From: a virus
Virus record (IMG/VR): IMGVR_UViG_3300023198_001252
Span: 6,320-70,319 of that record
Reading direction: 5' to 3' (one strand)
Length of the DNA stretch: 64,000 bases
Part shown: piece after piece, positions 8,454 through 17,905 of the stretch
Layout: the number at the start of each line of letters is the position of its first letter
How positions within the stretch are numbered: position 1 is the stretch's first letter
Notes under the pieces: generated by a model
What the model saw: the letters and a program-made list of their open reading frames with translations, nothing else
Told to the model about the DNA's origin: nothing
Database searches by the model: none
Translations under genes and position numbers: made by a program

Positions 8454-9368
8454 ATGAGAATTGATGTTATACAAATATTTCAAGATAACGGAATTGAATA
8501 TTTTGAAAGTGGTAAGAATGTACAAACAGGTTGGATTAACATTCAATGCCCATTATGTGATGATCAATCAAATCACGGGGGATTTAACCTAGAATCTCAT
8601 GATACTTATTTTAATTGTTGGCTTCACGGATGGTCATCTTTATACTCTGTTTTTAAAAAACTGATCCCTCATGCTAATTTCAAAGAATTACAACATGATT
8701 ATAGAAATAGGAATACTGATGCCATAATTGAAGAAGGTACAGTTAAAGAAGTTTTTCAAAAAAATAAAAAAGTAATAATCCCTGGAAATAATATACCTGG
8801 ATTACTACATAAAAGATATTTTAAAAAGAGGGATTTTAATGATCTAGAATATTTAATCATAAAATATAATTTGCATTTTACAGATCATTTAGAAAGTACT
8901 GACTATAAATTTAGAATTATATTCCCGATAAATTGGAAAGGTAAAACAATTAGTTATCAGGGAAGAGATGTTACTAATGAACAAGTTATACGCTATAAAG
9001 CTTGTTCAAAACATAATGAGTTAATGAATCATAAATCTATATTATATAATATAGATAATTGTAATAAGTCTTATATTGGAGTTGTTGAAGGTATTTTTGA
9101 TTGTATTAGATTTGGTGATAATTTCGCTGCTACATTTGGAGTAGCTTATACGAATATGCAATTACAATTATTGAAAAAATATAAAATGGTTTTTATTATT
9201 TTTGATCCAGATAAAGCAGGGCAAACAAGAGCCGAAAAACTGTCTATAGCCTTATCTAGTTTTGGGGTACATAATAGTATTATAGTGTTAGATGACAAAA
9301 ATAAAGATCCTGCTAAGTTATCAGATAGAGAAGTTATACAAATTAAAAAAGAATTACAAATATTTTAA
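8454..9368 (+). CDS. DNA primase (zinc finger + TOPRIM)
   Basis: CPLCDD...H...CWLHG zinc-binding domain; VVEGIFD and IFDPDKAG TOPRIM motifs. Confidence 0.85.
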   Translation: MRIDVIQIFQDNGIEYFESGKNVQTGWINIQCPLCDDQSNHGGFNLESHDTYFNCWLHGWSSLYSVFKKLIPHANFKELQHDYRNRNTDAIIEEGTVKEVFQKNKKVIIPGNNIPGLLHKRYFKKRDFNDLEYLIIKYNLHFTDHLESTDYKFRIIFPINWKGKTISYQGRDVTNEQVIRYKACSKHNELMNHKSILYNIDNCNKSYIGVVEGIFDCIRFGDNFAATFGVAYTNMQLQLLKKYKMVFIIFDPDKAGQTRAEKLSIALSSFGVHNSIIVLDDKNKDPAKLSDREVIQIKKELQIF

Positions 9369-9385
9369 TCTTTTTTAAAAAACAC

Positions 9386-9443
9386 TTGACTTTTTCATAT
9401 AGTTTATATATATTTATAATAAGAGCTGGTAAGGGGTTACATT
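9386..9443 (+). promoter_or_regulatory. early promoter with variant leader
   Basis: TTGACT-17-TATATT; AAGAGCTGGTAAGGGGTTAC. Confidence 0.75.
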
Positions 9444-9971
9444 ATGAAAGCACTTAATATACATATACAAAAACTATGCAATGCTATACATAGTGAAAAA
9501 GAAAGAATTATAAAAAAATATAATATGCAAAATGTTAGATTATATGATTCTGAAATTAAAACAGTATTAAAAGATGATTATTCAAATAACCTTGTAAAAA
9601 CAGATAAAGAAAATAAATTAGTTTTTGGACTGGCAAGACAGATTGTAAAAACTTATAAAGATAGAAAAACAAAAAAGTTCACAAGAAAAACAATTAATTA
9701 CTCTATAAAGATTAATATAGTTTTGCATACTAAAATAAAGAAAATAGAAGGGTATACAAAAAAACAAACAGTTATTTATAGATTAGCTCAAACATTATTA
9801 CATGAATTGGTACATGTTAAATTATTCCAAGAAGGAAATACTACACATACACACGGTGTAGATTTTGAAAAAGCTATGAAGAATTTAGTAAGTAATGAAG
9901 CTGCTATAGTGTATAAAAAATTATACAGCGCTTATAAAATGTATAAATTAAATACATCTTTTATAGTTTAA
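9444..9971 (+). CDS. SprT-like zinc metalloprotease domain protein
   Basis: LLHELVHV...HTHGVDFEKAM (HExxH plus downstream HG..F). Confidence 0.75.
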   Translation: MKALNIHIQKLCNAIHSEKERIIKKYNMQNVRLYDSEIKTVLKDDYSNNLVKTDKENKLVFGLARQIVKTYKDRKTKKFTRKTINYSIKINIVLHTKIKKIEGYTKKQTVIYRLAQTLLHELVHVKLFQEGNTTHTHGVDFEKAMKNLVSNEAAIVYKKLYSAYKMYKLNTSFIV

Positions 9972-10003
9972 TAAAAACTATTTAATCTTTTTTAAAATAA
10001 TAC

Positions 10004-10055
10004 TTGACTTTTTAATTTATAAGTATTATCTTATTAATAAGAACTTGTAATTCTA
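10004..10055 (+). promoter_or_regulatory. early promoter with partial leader
   Basis: TTGACT-17-TATCTT; AATAAGAACTTGTAA. Confidence 0.6.
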
Positions 10056-10122
10056 TGTATGGATTAGATGATACTAGTTATTTTGTAGATTTACACAGAA
10101 ATGAAAAAGGAGATAGGTTATA

Positions 10123-10593
10123 ATGATGGATTTAAACGCAACAGATAATAAAAATATTTTAAAATTACAAAAATATAAAGCAATGGATCATCTTATTTTT
10201 GATGGTCGTTCTTTTAAATCATTAGAGAGATTAAAAGAGCATAAATTAGTAAAAATAGAAACAGCATATAATTGTAGTACTAAAAAGAATATACCTACTT
10301 TTTTTGTCACTTTAACAGAGAAAGGACTACAATATAAAAAGTTTCATAAAAATAAAACTATAATAAAATTAAATAAGCTTACAGCAGAAGCTGCTGTAAA
10401 TTGGAGATACTACAAAAGATTTAAAAAGTACGGTCTATATAAAATTATAAACATACTTACAAAAGAAGAGATAAAAGAAATAGGTATATATTTTGAATCG
10501 AGCAAAAAACTATTTAATCATATAAAATATATTTGGTATAAGAACAGAAAAGGCCTTACTAGTGATAGAAAAGAAAATAAAGAAATATTCTAA
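10123..10593 (+). CDS. hypothetical basic protein
   Basis: AAGGAG RBS; the 3' end overlaps the truncated tnpB. Confidence 0.65.
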   Translation: MMDLNATDNKNILKLQKYKAMDHLIFDGRSFKSLERLKEHKLVKIETAYNCSTKKNIPTFFVTLTEKGLQYKKFHKNKTIIKLNKLTAEAAVNWRYYKRFKKYGLYKIINILTKEEIKEIGIYFESSKKLFNHIKYIWYKNRKGLTSDRKENKEIF

Positions 10594-11158
10594 AATATTT
10601 GCAAGAAAACAAAAAGACAGTAAAAGGAGAGAAAAGTTTAGGGTAAAACTAGCAAGACTTTATGAGTATAAGAATAATTTTTTAAATCATTTTCATTGGA
10701 ATTTAGTACACAAACTGACTAGTGAGAACAAAGCTATATCAATTGAAAATTTAAATATTTCAGGGATGATTAAAAATAAAAGGCTATCACACTCTATTCA
10801 TTATTCTAATTTTGGAGGTTTTATTGATAAATTAGAACAAAAAGCGAATGACTATGATACAATTATTTATAAAGTTGGTAGATTTTATCCAAGCTCAAAA
10901 TTATGTTCAAAATGCGGAAATAAAAAAGATGATTTAAAATTATCGGATAGAATATATTTTTGTGACTGTGGGTTAGAAATTGATAGAGATTTAAATGCGT
11001 CTATAAATATTTGTAATGAATATTTTAAAAATAATTCGGTGGAGTACATCGAATACAATCATGGAGAAACAATAAATCCTTGTAAAATTATTTATAATTT
11101 TTCAGGTAGTTTTAGTGAAGTGATTACCGAAAGTTTTAACATTTGTTAAAACTTTTAG
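10562..11158 (+). pseudogene. tnpB: 5'-truncated tnpB (bridge helix, RuvC-II, Zn ribbon, RuvC-III) with right end
   Basis: ISIENLNISGM, YPSSKLCSKCG, DRDLNASINI; no RuvC-I DxG upstream (in-frame stop at 10520); 3' ~210 nt near-identical to both mini-elements. Confidence 0.85.
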
Positions 11159-11176
11159 ATACTATGAGGAAATATA

Positions 11177-11458
11177 ATGACTATAAAAGAGTTTATAAAT
11201 AAAGATAAAACAACTAAAAAAGATATTAGCAGTTTAAGAAATCATTTAAACTCAGTGCATCCTATTGATAATGTACAAAATAAAACACATAGTAAATGGA
11301 ATAGAGATACATATTCCTTTACTGTTAATAACAAAGATTTTAGTTTTTGTGAATATATAAAAAAAGATAATTACGCTACATTCATTCATTGTACTATGTT
11401 TTGTAAATATACGGCTTACATTTTTGATGTAAGTAAAAAAATAAAATTAAAAAAGTAA
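11177..11458 (+). CDS. hypothetical protein
   Basis: GAGGA RBS; open frame. Confidence 0.65.
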   Translation: MTIKEFINKDKTTKKDISSLRNHLNSVHPIDNVQNKTHSKWNRDTYSFTVNNKDFSFCEYIKKDNYATFIHCTMFCKYTAYIFDVSKKIKLKK

Positions 11459-11472
11459 ATATATAACTCCTT

Positions 11473-11520
11473 GAGTTTGGTATAAACCCCATAATTTTAT
11501 ATATGCCAAACTCTTTTTTT
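11473..11520 (+). terminator. large-loop intrinsic terminator
   Basis: GAGTTTGG...CCAAACTC then T7. Confidence 0.65.
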
Positions 11521-11558
11521 ATTTTTATGGAAATTGAAAAGTATTAAGGGTGGATATT

Positions 11559-12030
11559 ATGCAATTGAAGATTATACATGATGGAAAATATGAAATAAGT
11601 AATACAGGTAGAATATTTAGTATTATAGGAAATAGAAAAGAATTAAAGCAACGTATTAGAAGTACAAAAAATCACTATAAATGCGTTTCTGTATACATTA
11701 AAAAAAATGTATACAATCTATATACATAGATTAGTTGCTATGGCTTTTATACCTAATCCAAATAATTATCCTCAAGTAAACCATAAGGATGGAGATAAAA
11801 GTAATAATAATGTAAGTAACCTTGAATGGTGTAATAATCAACAAAATAGTATATATGCAAGAGATAATGGATTAAAACCTAAAGTATGTAAAATAAATAT
11901 GGAAATAGCCAATAAGATTAGAGAGTTATATAAAACAGGTGAATATTCTCAAAAAGAATTAGGGAAAAGATACCGTATAAAACAAAATACTATTAGTTTA
12001 ATTGTACGCAATAAAAGATGGAAAATATAA
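11559..12030 (+). pseudogene. NUMOD4-HNH homing endonuclease split by a frameshift in an A8 run
   Basis: MQLKIIHDGKYEISNTGRIFS from 11559; HRLVAMAF...NHKDGDKSNNNVSNLEWC is in another frame after A8 at 11700-11707. Confidence 0.75.
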
Positions 12031-12067
12031 ATAGATATTACATAAACACATATAAAGGAGTAATAAA

Positions 12068-12892
12068 ATGAAATTAAAACCAATAATCAAATGTCCCGGA
12101 GGAAAAACCAAGCTACTAGATACTCTACTCTCTATGATTCCTGAACATACAAGATATGTTGAACCATTTATAGGGGGCGGTGCTCTATTTTTTGCACTAC
12201 AACCCGAAGAAGCTTTAATCGCTGATGTTAGTCAGCAATTAATAAATGTGTATGAACAAATTAAGCACAATGTTGAATCCCTTATTATACTATTAAGAAA
12301 TCATAGGGAATCACACTCTAAGGAACACTATTACACAGTAAGAAAAGAGGATAAATCACCAATGTTTCAAAGATTACCCTATGGAGTAGATAAGGCTGCC
12401 CGTTATATATACTTGAATAAAACTTGTTTTAATGGTTTAATTCGGGTAAACAAATCAAATCAGTTTAACGTTCCAATGGGTGCTTATACACACCCTAGAA
12501 TATTAGATAAAGAAATGTTATTGGCTATTTCAGAATATTTAAATAACAATAATATTAAAATTAAAGCTACTGGTTTTACAAATATTTTTAATAATTTAGG
12601 AAAGGGGGATTTTTGTTATCTAGATCCCCCTTACCATTCAATATCGGAGACTAGTAATTTTACTGCATATACAGTGAAAGGTTTTACACTTACAGATCAT
12701 ATCCGATTGAAACTAGAATGTGATAAATTAACTAAAAAAAATGTCAAATGGGTACTTAGTAATTCCTATTGTAAAACTACATTAGACTTATGGAAAGATT
12801 ATGAAATTATTGAAGTTTTTGAAAAAAGAAATATAGCTGCAAATGTGAAGAGCAGAAAAAACATAAAAGAAATATTAGTAAAGAATTTTTAA
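12068..12892 (+). CDS. dam: Dam-family (D12 class) N6-adenine methyltransferase
   Basis: GGKTKLL, YVEPFIGGGALFF, YLNKTCFNGL, YLDPPY. Confidence 0.9.
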   Translation: MKLKPIIKCPGGKTKLLDTLLSMIPEHTRYVEPFIGGGALFFALQPEEALIADVSQQLINVYEQIKHNVESLIILLRNHRESHSKEHYYTVRKEDKSPMFQRLPYGVDKAARYIYLNKTCFNGLIRVNKSNQFNVPMGAYTHPRILDKEMLLAISEYLNNNNIKIKATGFTNIFNNLGKGDFCYLDPPYHSISETSNFTAYTVKGFTLTDHIRLKLECDKLTKKNVKWVLSNSYCKTTLDLWKDYEIIEVFEKRNIAANVKSRKNIKEILVKNF

Positions 12893-12998
12893 AATTAAAG
12901 GAAGATGATTATGGTACAAAAAGAAAAAGATTTAATAATTAGAAAATTAAAAGTAATAGATCTTTTTATAACTAAAAGTTATAACTTTTAGTATGAAG

Positions 12999-13303
12999 TA
13001 GATTGAACAAAAGTATTGCCTTTTACTACAAATAGGAATATCATATATAAATATGAGAAAGAAAATATCAACTTATGCAAAAGAAAACAATTTATCTTAT
13101 ATTTTTGTGACTGTGGGTTAGAAATTGATAGAGATTTAAATGCGTCTATAAATATTTGTAATGAATATTTTAAAAATAATTCGGTGGAGTACATCGAATA
13201 CAATCATGGAGAAACAATAAATCCTTGTAAAATTATTTATAATTTTTCAGGTAGTTTTAGTGAAGTGATTACCGAAAGTATTAACATTTGTTAAAACTTT
13301 TAG
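12999..13303 (+). mobile_element. 305-bp internally deleted IS607-type element, second copy
   Basis: Same tnpA-start/tnpB-end junction as 7672..7978; differs only near the left end. Confidence 0.75.
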
Positions 13304-13358
13304 ATACTATGATCTGATTTTAATAAAAAATTAAAAGTGACTAAAGGAGTAAAAGAGA

Positions 13359-14090
13359 ATGTCTGGATTTAACAAAGGAAAAGAAAATAATTACCATGAT
13401 AATAGAAAAGAAAATAGAATATTTACACCGGAAATAGTAGCAAAAAGAATACATACTATTATAGCTGATATTTATCCTGAAATATTAATAAATAGAAAAA
13501 ACATATTAGATATGTGTTGTGGTAATTGGAACTTATCCAAATGGTTTATTTATAATAGTATTTTTGGTATAGATATTGTGCAGCCATATAAAAAGATAAG
13601 AAATAGTAAATTTATATTATCTGACTATTTAAAAGATGATAGAAAAGATAAAAGGGATTACACTTTAATTATGTGTAATCCACCATTTAATAATAAAGAA
13701 AAAGGTAGTAAGTTATTACTACCTTTTGAATTTCTAAAAAAAATATTAAATGATTTCCCTGATAAACCTTTAGTACTTTTTGCACCACATGGACTTTTAA
13801 ACAATAATGAGATATTTGGAAAAAAGTATAAACAAAAAGTAGAAGACGCAAAAAATGATAATGAGCTACCACGCTATAAATGGATGCAAAAAAATATACA
13901 TAAATTAAACAGTATGTTAATTTTACCTAAAGATGCATTTGTAGAAAATAGATATATGGGAACGGTTGTAAAAAAAGATAAAGAAACAGGTGCTATAATT
14001 AGTGAAAAAGAAGTTGAAAAAGGAATACTTGTACATAGTTTTGTTACTTTCTGGAATATGCCAAAATTAGAGTCTTTTTACACTCTTTGA
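13359..14090 (+). CDS. putative amino-methyltransferase (gamma-type motif order)
   Basis: FTP, ILDMCCG, GIDI, IMCNPPF. Confidence 0.75.
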   Translation: MSGFNKGKENNYHDNRKENRIFTPEIVAKRIHTIIADIYPEILINRKNILDMCCGNWNLSKWFIYNSIFGIDIVQPYKKIRNSKFILSDYLKDDRKDKRDYTLIMCNPPFNNKEKGSKLLLPFEFLKKILNDFPDKPLVLFAPHGLLNNNEIFGKKYKQKVEDAKNDNELPRYKWMQKNIHKLNSMLILPKDAFVENRYMGTVVKKDKETGAIISEKEVEKGILVHSFVTFWNMPKLESFYTL

Positions 14091-14358
14091 TTATGGGTAT
14101 GTTTTTTATATGTGTATTGCAGGAAGATGCTATTTTAAACGTCTGAAAGGTAATTGAAAAGGATAAAGAATGTTAGAAAATATTATATCTATAATAAAAA
14201 GAAATCCTGAAAAAATAATCCCTACAATATACATTATTATGAGTATTGCTAGTGCTTTTATATATTTTAGAAAAAAAGATTATAAACATGGCATATATTG
14301 GATAGCAGCAGCAGTTATCACATGGAGTGTTACCTACTGATACTATTTTAAATAATAC

Positions 14359-14387
14359 TTGACTTTTTAAGTTATCTTTATTATATT
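14359..14387 (+). promoter_or_regulatory. sigma70-type promoter
   Basis: TTGACT-17-TATATT. Confidence 0.75.
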
Positions 14388-14419
14388 TTAAATATAAGAT
14401 TGTTAAAAAGGAGAGTATT

Positions 14420-14743
14420 ATGATAGAATTAATAACACCTTATAAAAATATTCCTTTAACAGAATTAGAGCATAAAATTAATGATATTATTACAGGACTT
14501 AATAGTAATAAGTATACTGTAACACATGATGAGGATGATATAATTATTTTTATCACAAAAACAATAGATTTTGAAGATATGTTAGAATTTATTAAATATG
14601 CTAGTATAGTACAAAACTATTTAGAAAATATAGTAGATGATAAAATTGAAGCATTCACTGTAGTAATAGAAGATTCTACATATAAAATAACAGGATCATT
14701 TTATGAAAACAAAGATGCTACATTTTATGTACAAGGGGAATAA
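14420..14743 (+). CDS. hypothetical protein
   Basis: AAGGAG RBS, directly behind a promoter. Confidence 0.7.
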   Translation: MIELITPYKNIPLTELEHKINDIITGLNSNKYTVTHDEDDIIIFITKTIDFEDMLEFIKYASIVQNYLENIVDDKIEAFTVVIEDSTYKITGSFYENKDATFYVQGE

Positions 14744-16453
14744 ATGAAAACAGATACAAAGAATATTTTAGCAGAATTAAAAGAAAAAGGGGAGGATCAT
14801 GAGTTTTACCCATCGACTGATGCAATTATAAAAACTTTATTTGAATCCATTTTAAAAATAGAAAATAAATGGGGTAATCATAAAAGTATAGATTCAATAT
14901 TAGATATTGGAGCCGGCGATGGTCGTGTTTTAAATAGACTTTCAGAAATTAGAAATATAGAAAAAGAAAGACTAATAGAATTAGAGAAAGATACGGAAAA
15001 TAAAGATACATTTAGATTAAGAGAAATCGAAGATTTTAAATTTACAAAATATGCCATTGAAAAATCAAAAGTACTTATTGATTCTATGAGTAATGATATT
15101 TATATCATTGGTACAGATTTTATGAAACAAACTCTTATCGATAAAGATGTTTCAATTACTTTTTCTAATCCTCCATATTCTCAATATGTTGAATGGACTG
15201 AAAAAATATTAAAAGAAACTAATTCCGAATTTGTATATCTTGTTATTCCTCAAAGATGGAAAGATAACAAAATAATAAAATACATTTTAGAAAAGAGAGA
15301 GATAGAATTTGAAATATTAGGTGATTTTGATTTTCTTAATTCTGTAGATAGAAAAGCTCGTGCAAAGGTAAATCTTATAAAATTCACAATTGAAAAAGGT
15401 TATAAGAATGGTACATCTTTTGATATATGGTTTAATGAGCATTTTGCAATAAAGGAAAATGATTCTACTTATGAACGGCAAGATATCAAAAAAGAAAGAA
15501 TAAAAAACAGTCTATTATCTAAAAAAAATGTAATAAATGAATTAGTTATTATGTATGATGAAGAATTAAATAATTTATTGAGTAATTATAAAAAATTACA
15601 GGAATTAGATCCTGTATTATTTGAAGAATTAGGATTAGATATAAATAAAATAAAAAAAGGATTGAAAGTAAAAATAGAAGGACTTAAAAAGTTTTATTGG
15701 TCAATGTCTTTTGATTTATTAGAGCCTATTACAAATAGACTAACAAGAAAATGTAGAAGGTATCTTATAGATGATTTATTTAAGCGTACCAATATAGATT
15801 TTACTGAAAGTAATATTTATGCTGTTATTATTTGGGTTATTAAAAATGCAAATACATATTTTGATGACCAGATATTAGAAATCTATGATAGTTTTGTAGA
15901 TAAAAAAAATATTATTGCATACAAATCAAATCAAAGATTTATAGCTGATGAATGGCGGTATATTGACCAAAATTTTAGTCGATGGCAAAATGATAAAATA
16001 ACACATTATAAATTAGACTACAGATTAATCACAACTCTTTATAATAATTTTCCTTATAATGATTATGATAAAATAAATAATTTAAATAAAAATACTTATG
16101 GGTTTATAAAGGATATTTTAGCAGTCGCTAAAAATCTAGGGGTTAATATTAATAAAAATACATTAGATAATACTATTTGGGGACATAGAAAAAGTGTTGA
16201 TATAAAAGACAATAAAGGAGATATTTTTGTAAATATAAGAGTTTATTCAGCAACAGTACATTTTAAATTTTCTCAAGAGTTCATGATGAAATTAAATATA
16301 GAAGCTGCACGACTTAAAGGCTGGGTAAAATCCCCTAAAGAAGCATCAGAGGAAATTGAAATACCTTTAGAAAAAGTTGAAAAGATATATAAAAAGAATT
16401 TACAATTACCATTAAATAATAAAATATTATTAGAATATAAGGAAAATGAATGA
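14744..16453 (+). CDS. large class I SAM-dependent methyltransferase with DUF4942-like C-terminus
   Basis: HEFYPS, ILDIGAGDG, FSNPPYS, LVIPQRW. Confidence 0.7.
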   Translation: MKTDTKNILAELKEKGEDHEFYPSTDAIIKTLFESILKIENKWGNHKSIDSILDIGAGDGRVLNRLSEIRNIEKERLIELEKDTENKDTFRLREIEDFKFTKYAIEKSKVLIDSMSNDIYIIGTDFMKQTLIDKDVSITFSNPPYSQYVEWTEKILKETNSEFVYLVIPQRWKDNKIIKYILEKREIEFEILGDFDFLNSVDRKARAKVNLIKFTIEKGYKNGTSFDIWFNEHFAIKENDSTYERQDIKKERIKNSLLSKKNVINELVIMYDEELNNLLSNYKKLQELDPVLFEELGLDINKIKKGLKVKIEGLKKFYWSMSFDLLEPITNRLTRKCRRYLIDDLFKRTNIDFTESNIYAVIIWVIKNANTYFDDQILEIYDSFVDKKNIIAYKSNQRFIADEWRYIDQNFSRWQNDKITHYKLDYRLITTLYNNFPYNDYDKINNLNKNTYGFIKDILAVAKNLGVNINKNTLDNTIWGHRKSVDIKDNKGDIFVNIRVYSATVHFKFSQEFMMKLNIEAARLKGWVKSPKEASEEIEIPLEKVEKIYKKNLQLPLNNKILLEYKENE

Positions 16454-16683
16454 AAGAATATAAAAATGCAAAATTAAAATTTTATGTTACAATGGGAACT
16501 ATTGATTTTATTAAAGAGCTTAGGGAATTTATAAGAGAAAACAATATTGGGAAAATTTCTAATGATAGTGAGTGGATAGAAATAATAGCAAATTCCAGGA
16601 AGCATCGAGAATTGATACAAAATATAATAGATAAAATGTATAGAGATACAGAGGCAAGCAAAAAAAAGAATAAGTATAAATAA
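16450..16683 (+). CDS. hypothetical protein
   Basis: ATGA overlap with the upstream gene. Confidence 0.6.
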   Translation: MKEYKNAKLKFYVTMGTIDFIKELREFIRENNIGKISNDSEWIEIIANSRKHRELIQNIIDKMYRDTEASKKKNKYK

Positions 16684-16736
16684 AAAATACTATTTTATTA
16701 TAATTAAAATATTTTTAATTTATTTTTAAAAAACAC

Positions 16737-16820
16737 TTGACTTTTTAATTTTAATGTATTATATTATTAATAAGAGCTTGTAAGGGGTTACAAGCAATAA
16801 AAACTTAAAGGAGTTACAAT
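16737..16820 (+). promoter_or_regulatory. early promoter + leader palindrome + RBS
   Basis: TTGACT-17-TATATT; GCTTGTAA-GGGG-TTACAAGC at 16776-16795; AAACTTAAAGGAGTTAC. Confidence 0.8.
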
Positions 16821-17087
16821 ATGACTAAAGAATTATTTTTAGAGAGACTTAATGTAGTACAGGAAAGTACAGGCCATGCTAAAAAAGAAATATTTGCTAC
16901 GATAACTAATCAGGGCACAATTACTGTATACCATTTAACAAATAGTACAATTTCAAATTCTCCAATAATTGAAGAATGGAAATTAGAAAAAAATCATAAT
17001 TTAGATTTTGAGAAAGTGAATTCTTGGAATAAAGAATGGAGAAATATAAAAGTGCCCACCTATTATTCAACTGTTTTTGGTTTCTAA
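16821..17087 (+). CDS. hypothetical early protein
   Basis: Promoter and RBS upstream. Confidence 0.75.
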   Translation: MTKELFLERLNVVQESTGHAKKEIFATITNQGTITVYHLTNSTISNSPIIEEWKLEKNHNLDFEKVNSWNKEWRNIKVPTYYSTVFGF

Positions 17088-17161
17088 GAAATAAAACTTA
17101 AAAGGAGTTAAGATATGAAAACAACAATATTTAAATAATTATTTAAATATTGTAATACATA

Positions 17162-17189
17162 AAAAGGAAGGTATAAAAGCCTTCCTTTT
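17162..17189. terminator. bidirectional terminator between early and late units
   Basis: AAAAGGAAGG-tataaaag-CCTTCCTTTT, perfect 10-bp stem. Confidence 0.8.
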
Positions 17190-17204
17190 CTTATATCAAC
17201 TGTC

Positions 17205-17242
17205 GTTTTAAAACCCCCAGATTCATCCGTGGGGAGTGTCAA
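17205..17242 (+). mobile_element. solo IS200/IS605-type right-end remnant
   Basis: AAACCCCCAGATTCATCCGTGGGGAGTGTCAA: C-run/G-run hairpin ending GAGTGTCAA, the usual right-end pattern with a TCAA cleavage tetranucleotide. Confidence 0.5.
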
Positions 17243-17559
17243 TTAATCTCAGTATTCTTAAAATAATATTGTAAGATCTTATGTGCTAAACCACTAAAAC
17301 TCCAATTTATCAATACTTGTTTAATGTAATTCAATATAGAACAGTCTTTTTCTATCAATAAAAAAACAATAGAAACTAAAAAAGAAATAGATAATGGTAT
17401 TACTATTATAATTAATAATTTTTTAAACTTTTCTTTTAGTCTTTCTAAAGGTAGAGCATTTTTTAACATTGCTGTACTAAAATATACTATTAGTATTGTA
17501 ACAACATTTACACCTCCAAATTCTTTTAAAAAAATAAATAAATTCTTAATCCATTCCAT
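17239..17559 (-). CDS. putative holin
   Basis: 106 aa, 2-3 hydrophobic segments, last gene of the late unit. Confidence 0.5.
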   Translation of the reverse strand: MEWIKNLFIFLKEFGGVNVVTILIVYFSTAMLKNALPLERLKEKFKKLLIIIVIPLSISFLVSIVFLLIEKDCSILNYIKQVLINWSFSGLAHKILQYYFKNTEIN

Positions 17560-17905
17560 TTAGAACCTCCTGTATAGTTGCAAGTAGTATGCTTTTTTGT
17601 ATTGGCTTTAATAACATTTTATTAAAGTAGTTTTTATGCTTGTTTGAATTAAATTCAAACATATCACTATATCCAGTAATCAGTATTATTTTTTGATTTT
17701 CCTTTTGTTTTTTAATAATTTTTGCAATGTCTAAACCATTTACTTTTTCTAGTTTCATATCCAAAATAATCAAATCAAAATTATTATTTATAATGTTATT
17801 TTTGAACTCTGTAAATACATAGCAATCATATATTTTTTTTAGTTGTTGTTCTATTACTTTTAGTATTTTTTTATTATTATCAATGATCGCAATTTTATTT
17901 TTCAT
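17546..17905 (-). CDS. single-domain response regulator receiver (CheY-like)
   Basis: IAIIDNN, DLIILDMKLEKVNGLD (phospho-acceptor D), ILITG, LLKPI. Confidence 0.85.
   Translation of the reverse strand: MKNKIAIIDNNKKILKVIEQQLKKIYDCYVFTEFKNNIINNNFDLIILDMKLEKVNGLDIAKIIKKQKENQKIILITGYSDMFEFNSNKHKNYFNKMLLKPIQKSILLATIQEVLNGMD

Noticed and set aside
9272-9290. Self-target for the 35545 guide (14-nt match CTATAATACTATTA; also 12 nt near 11618)
   Set aside because: Mismatches fall in the first four (seed) positions; such AT-rich matches are expected by chance
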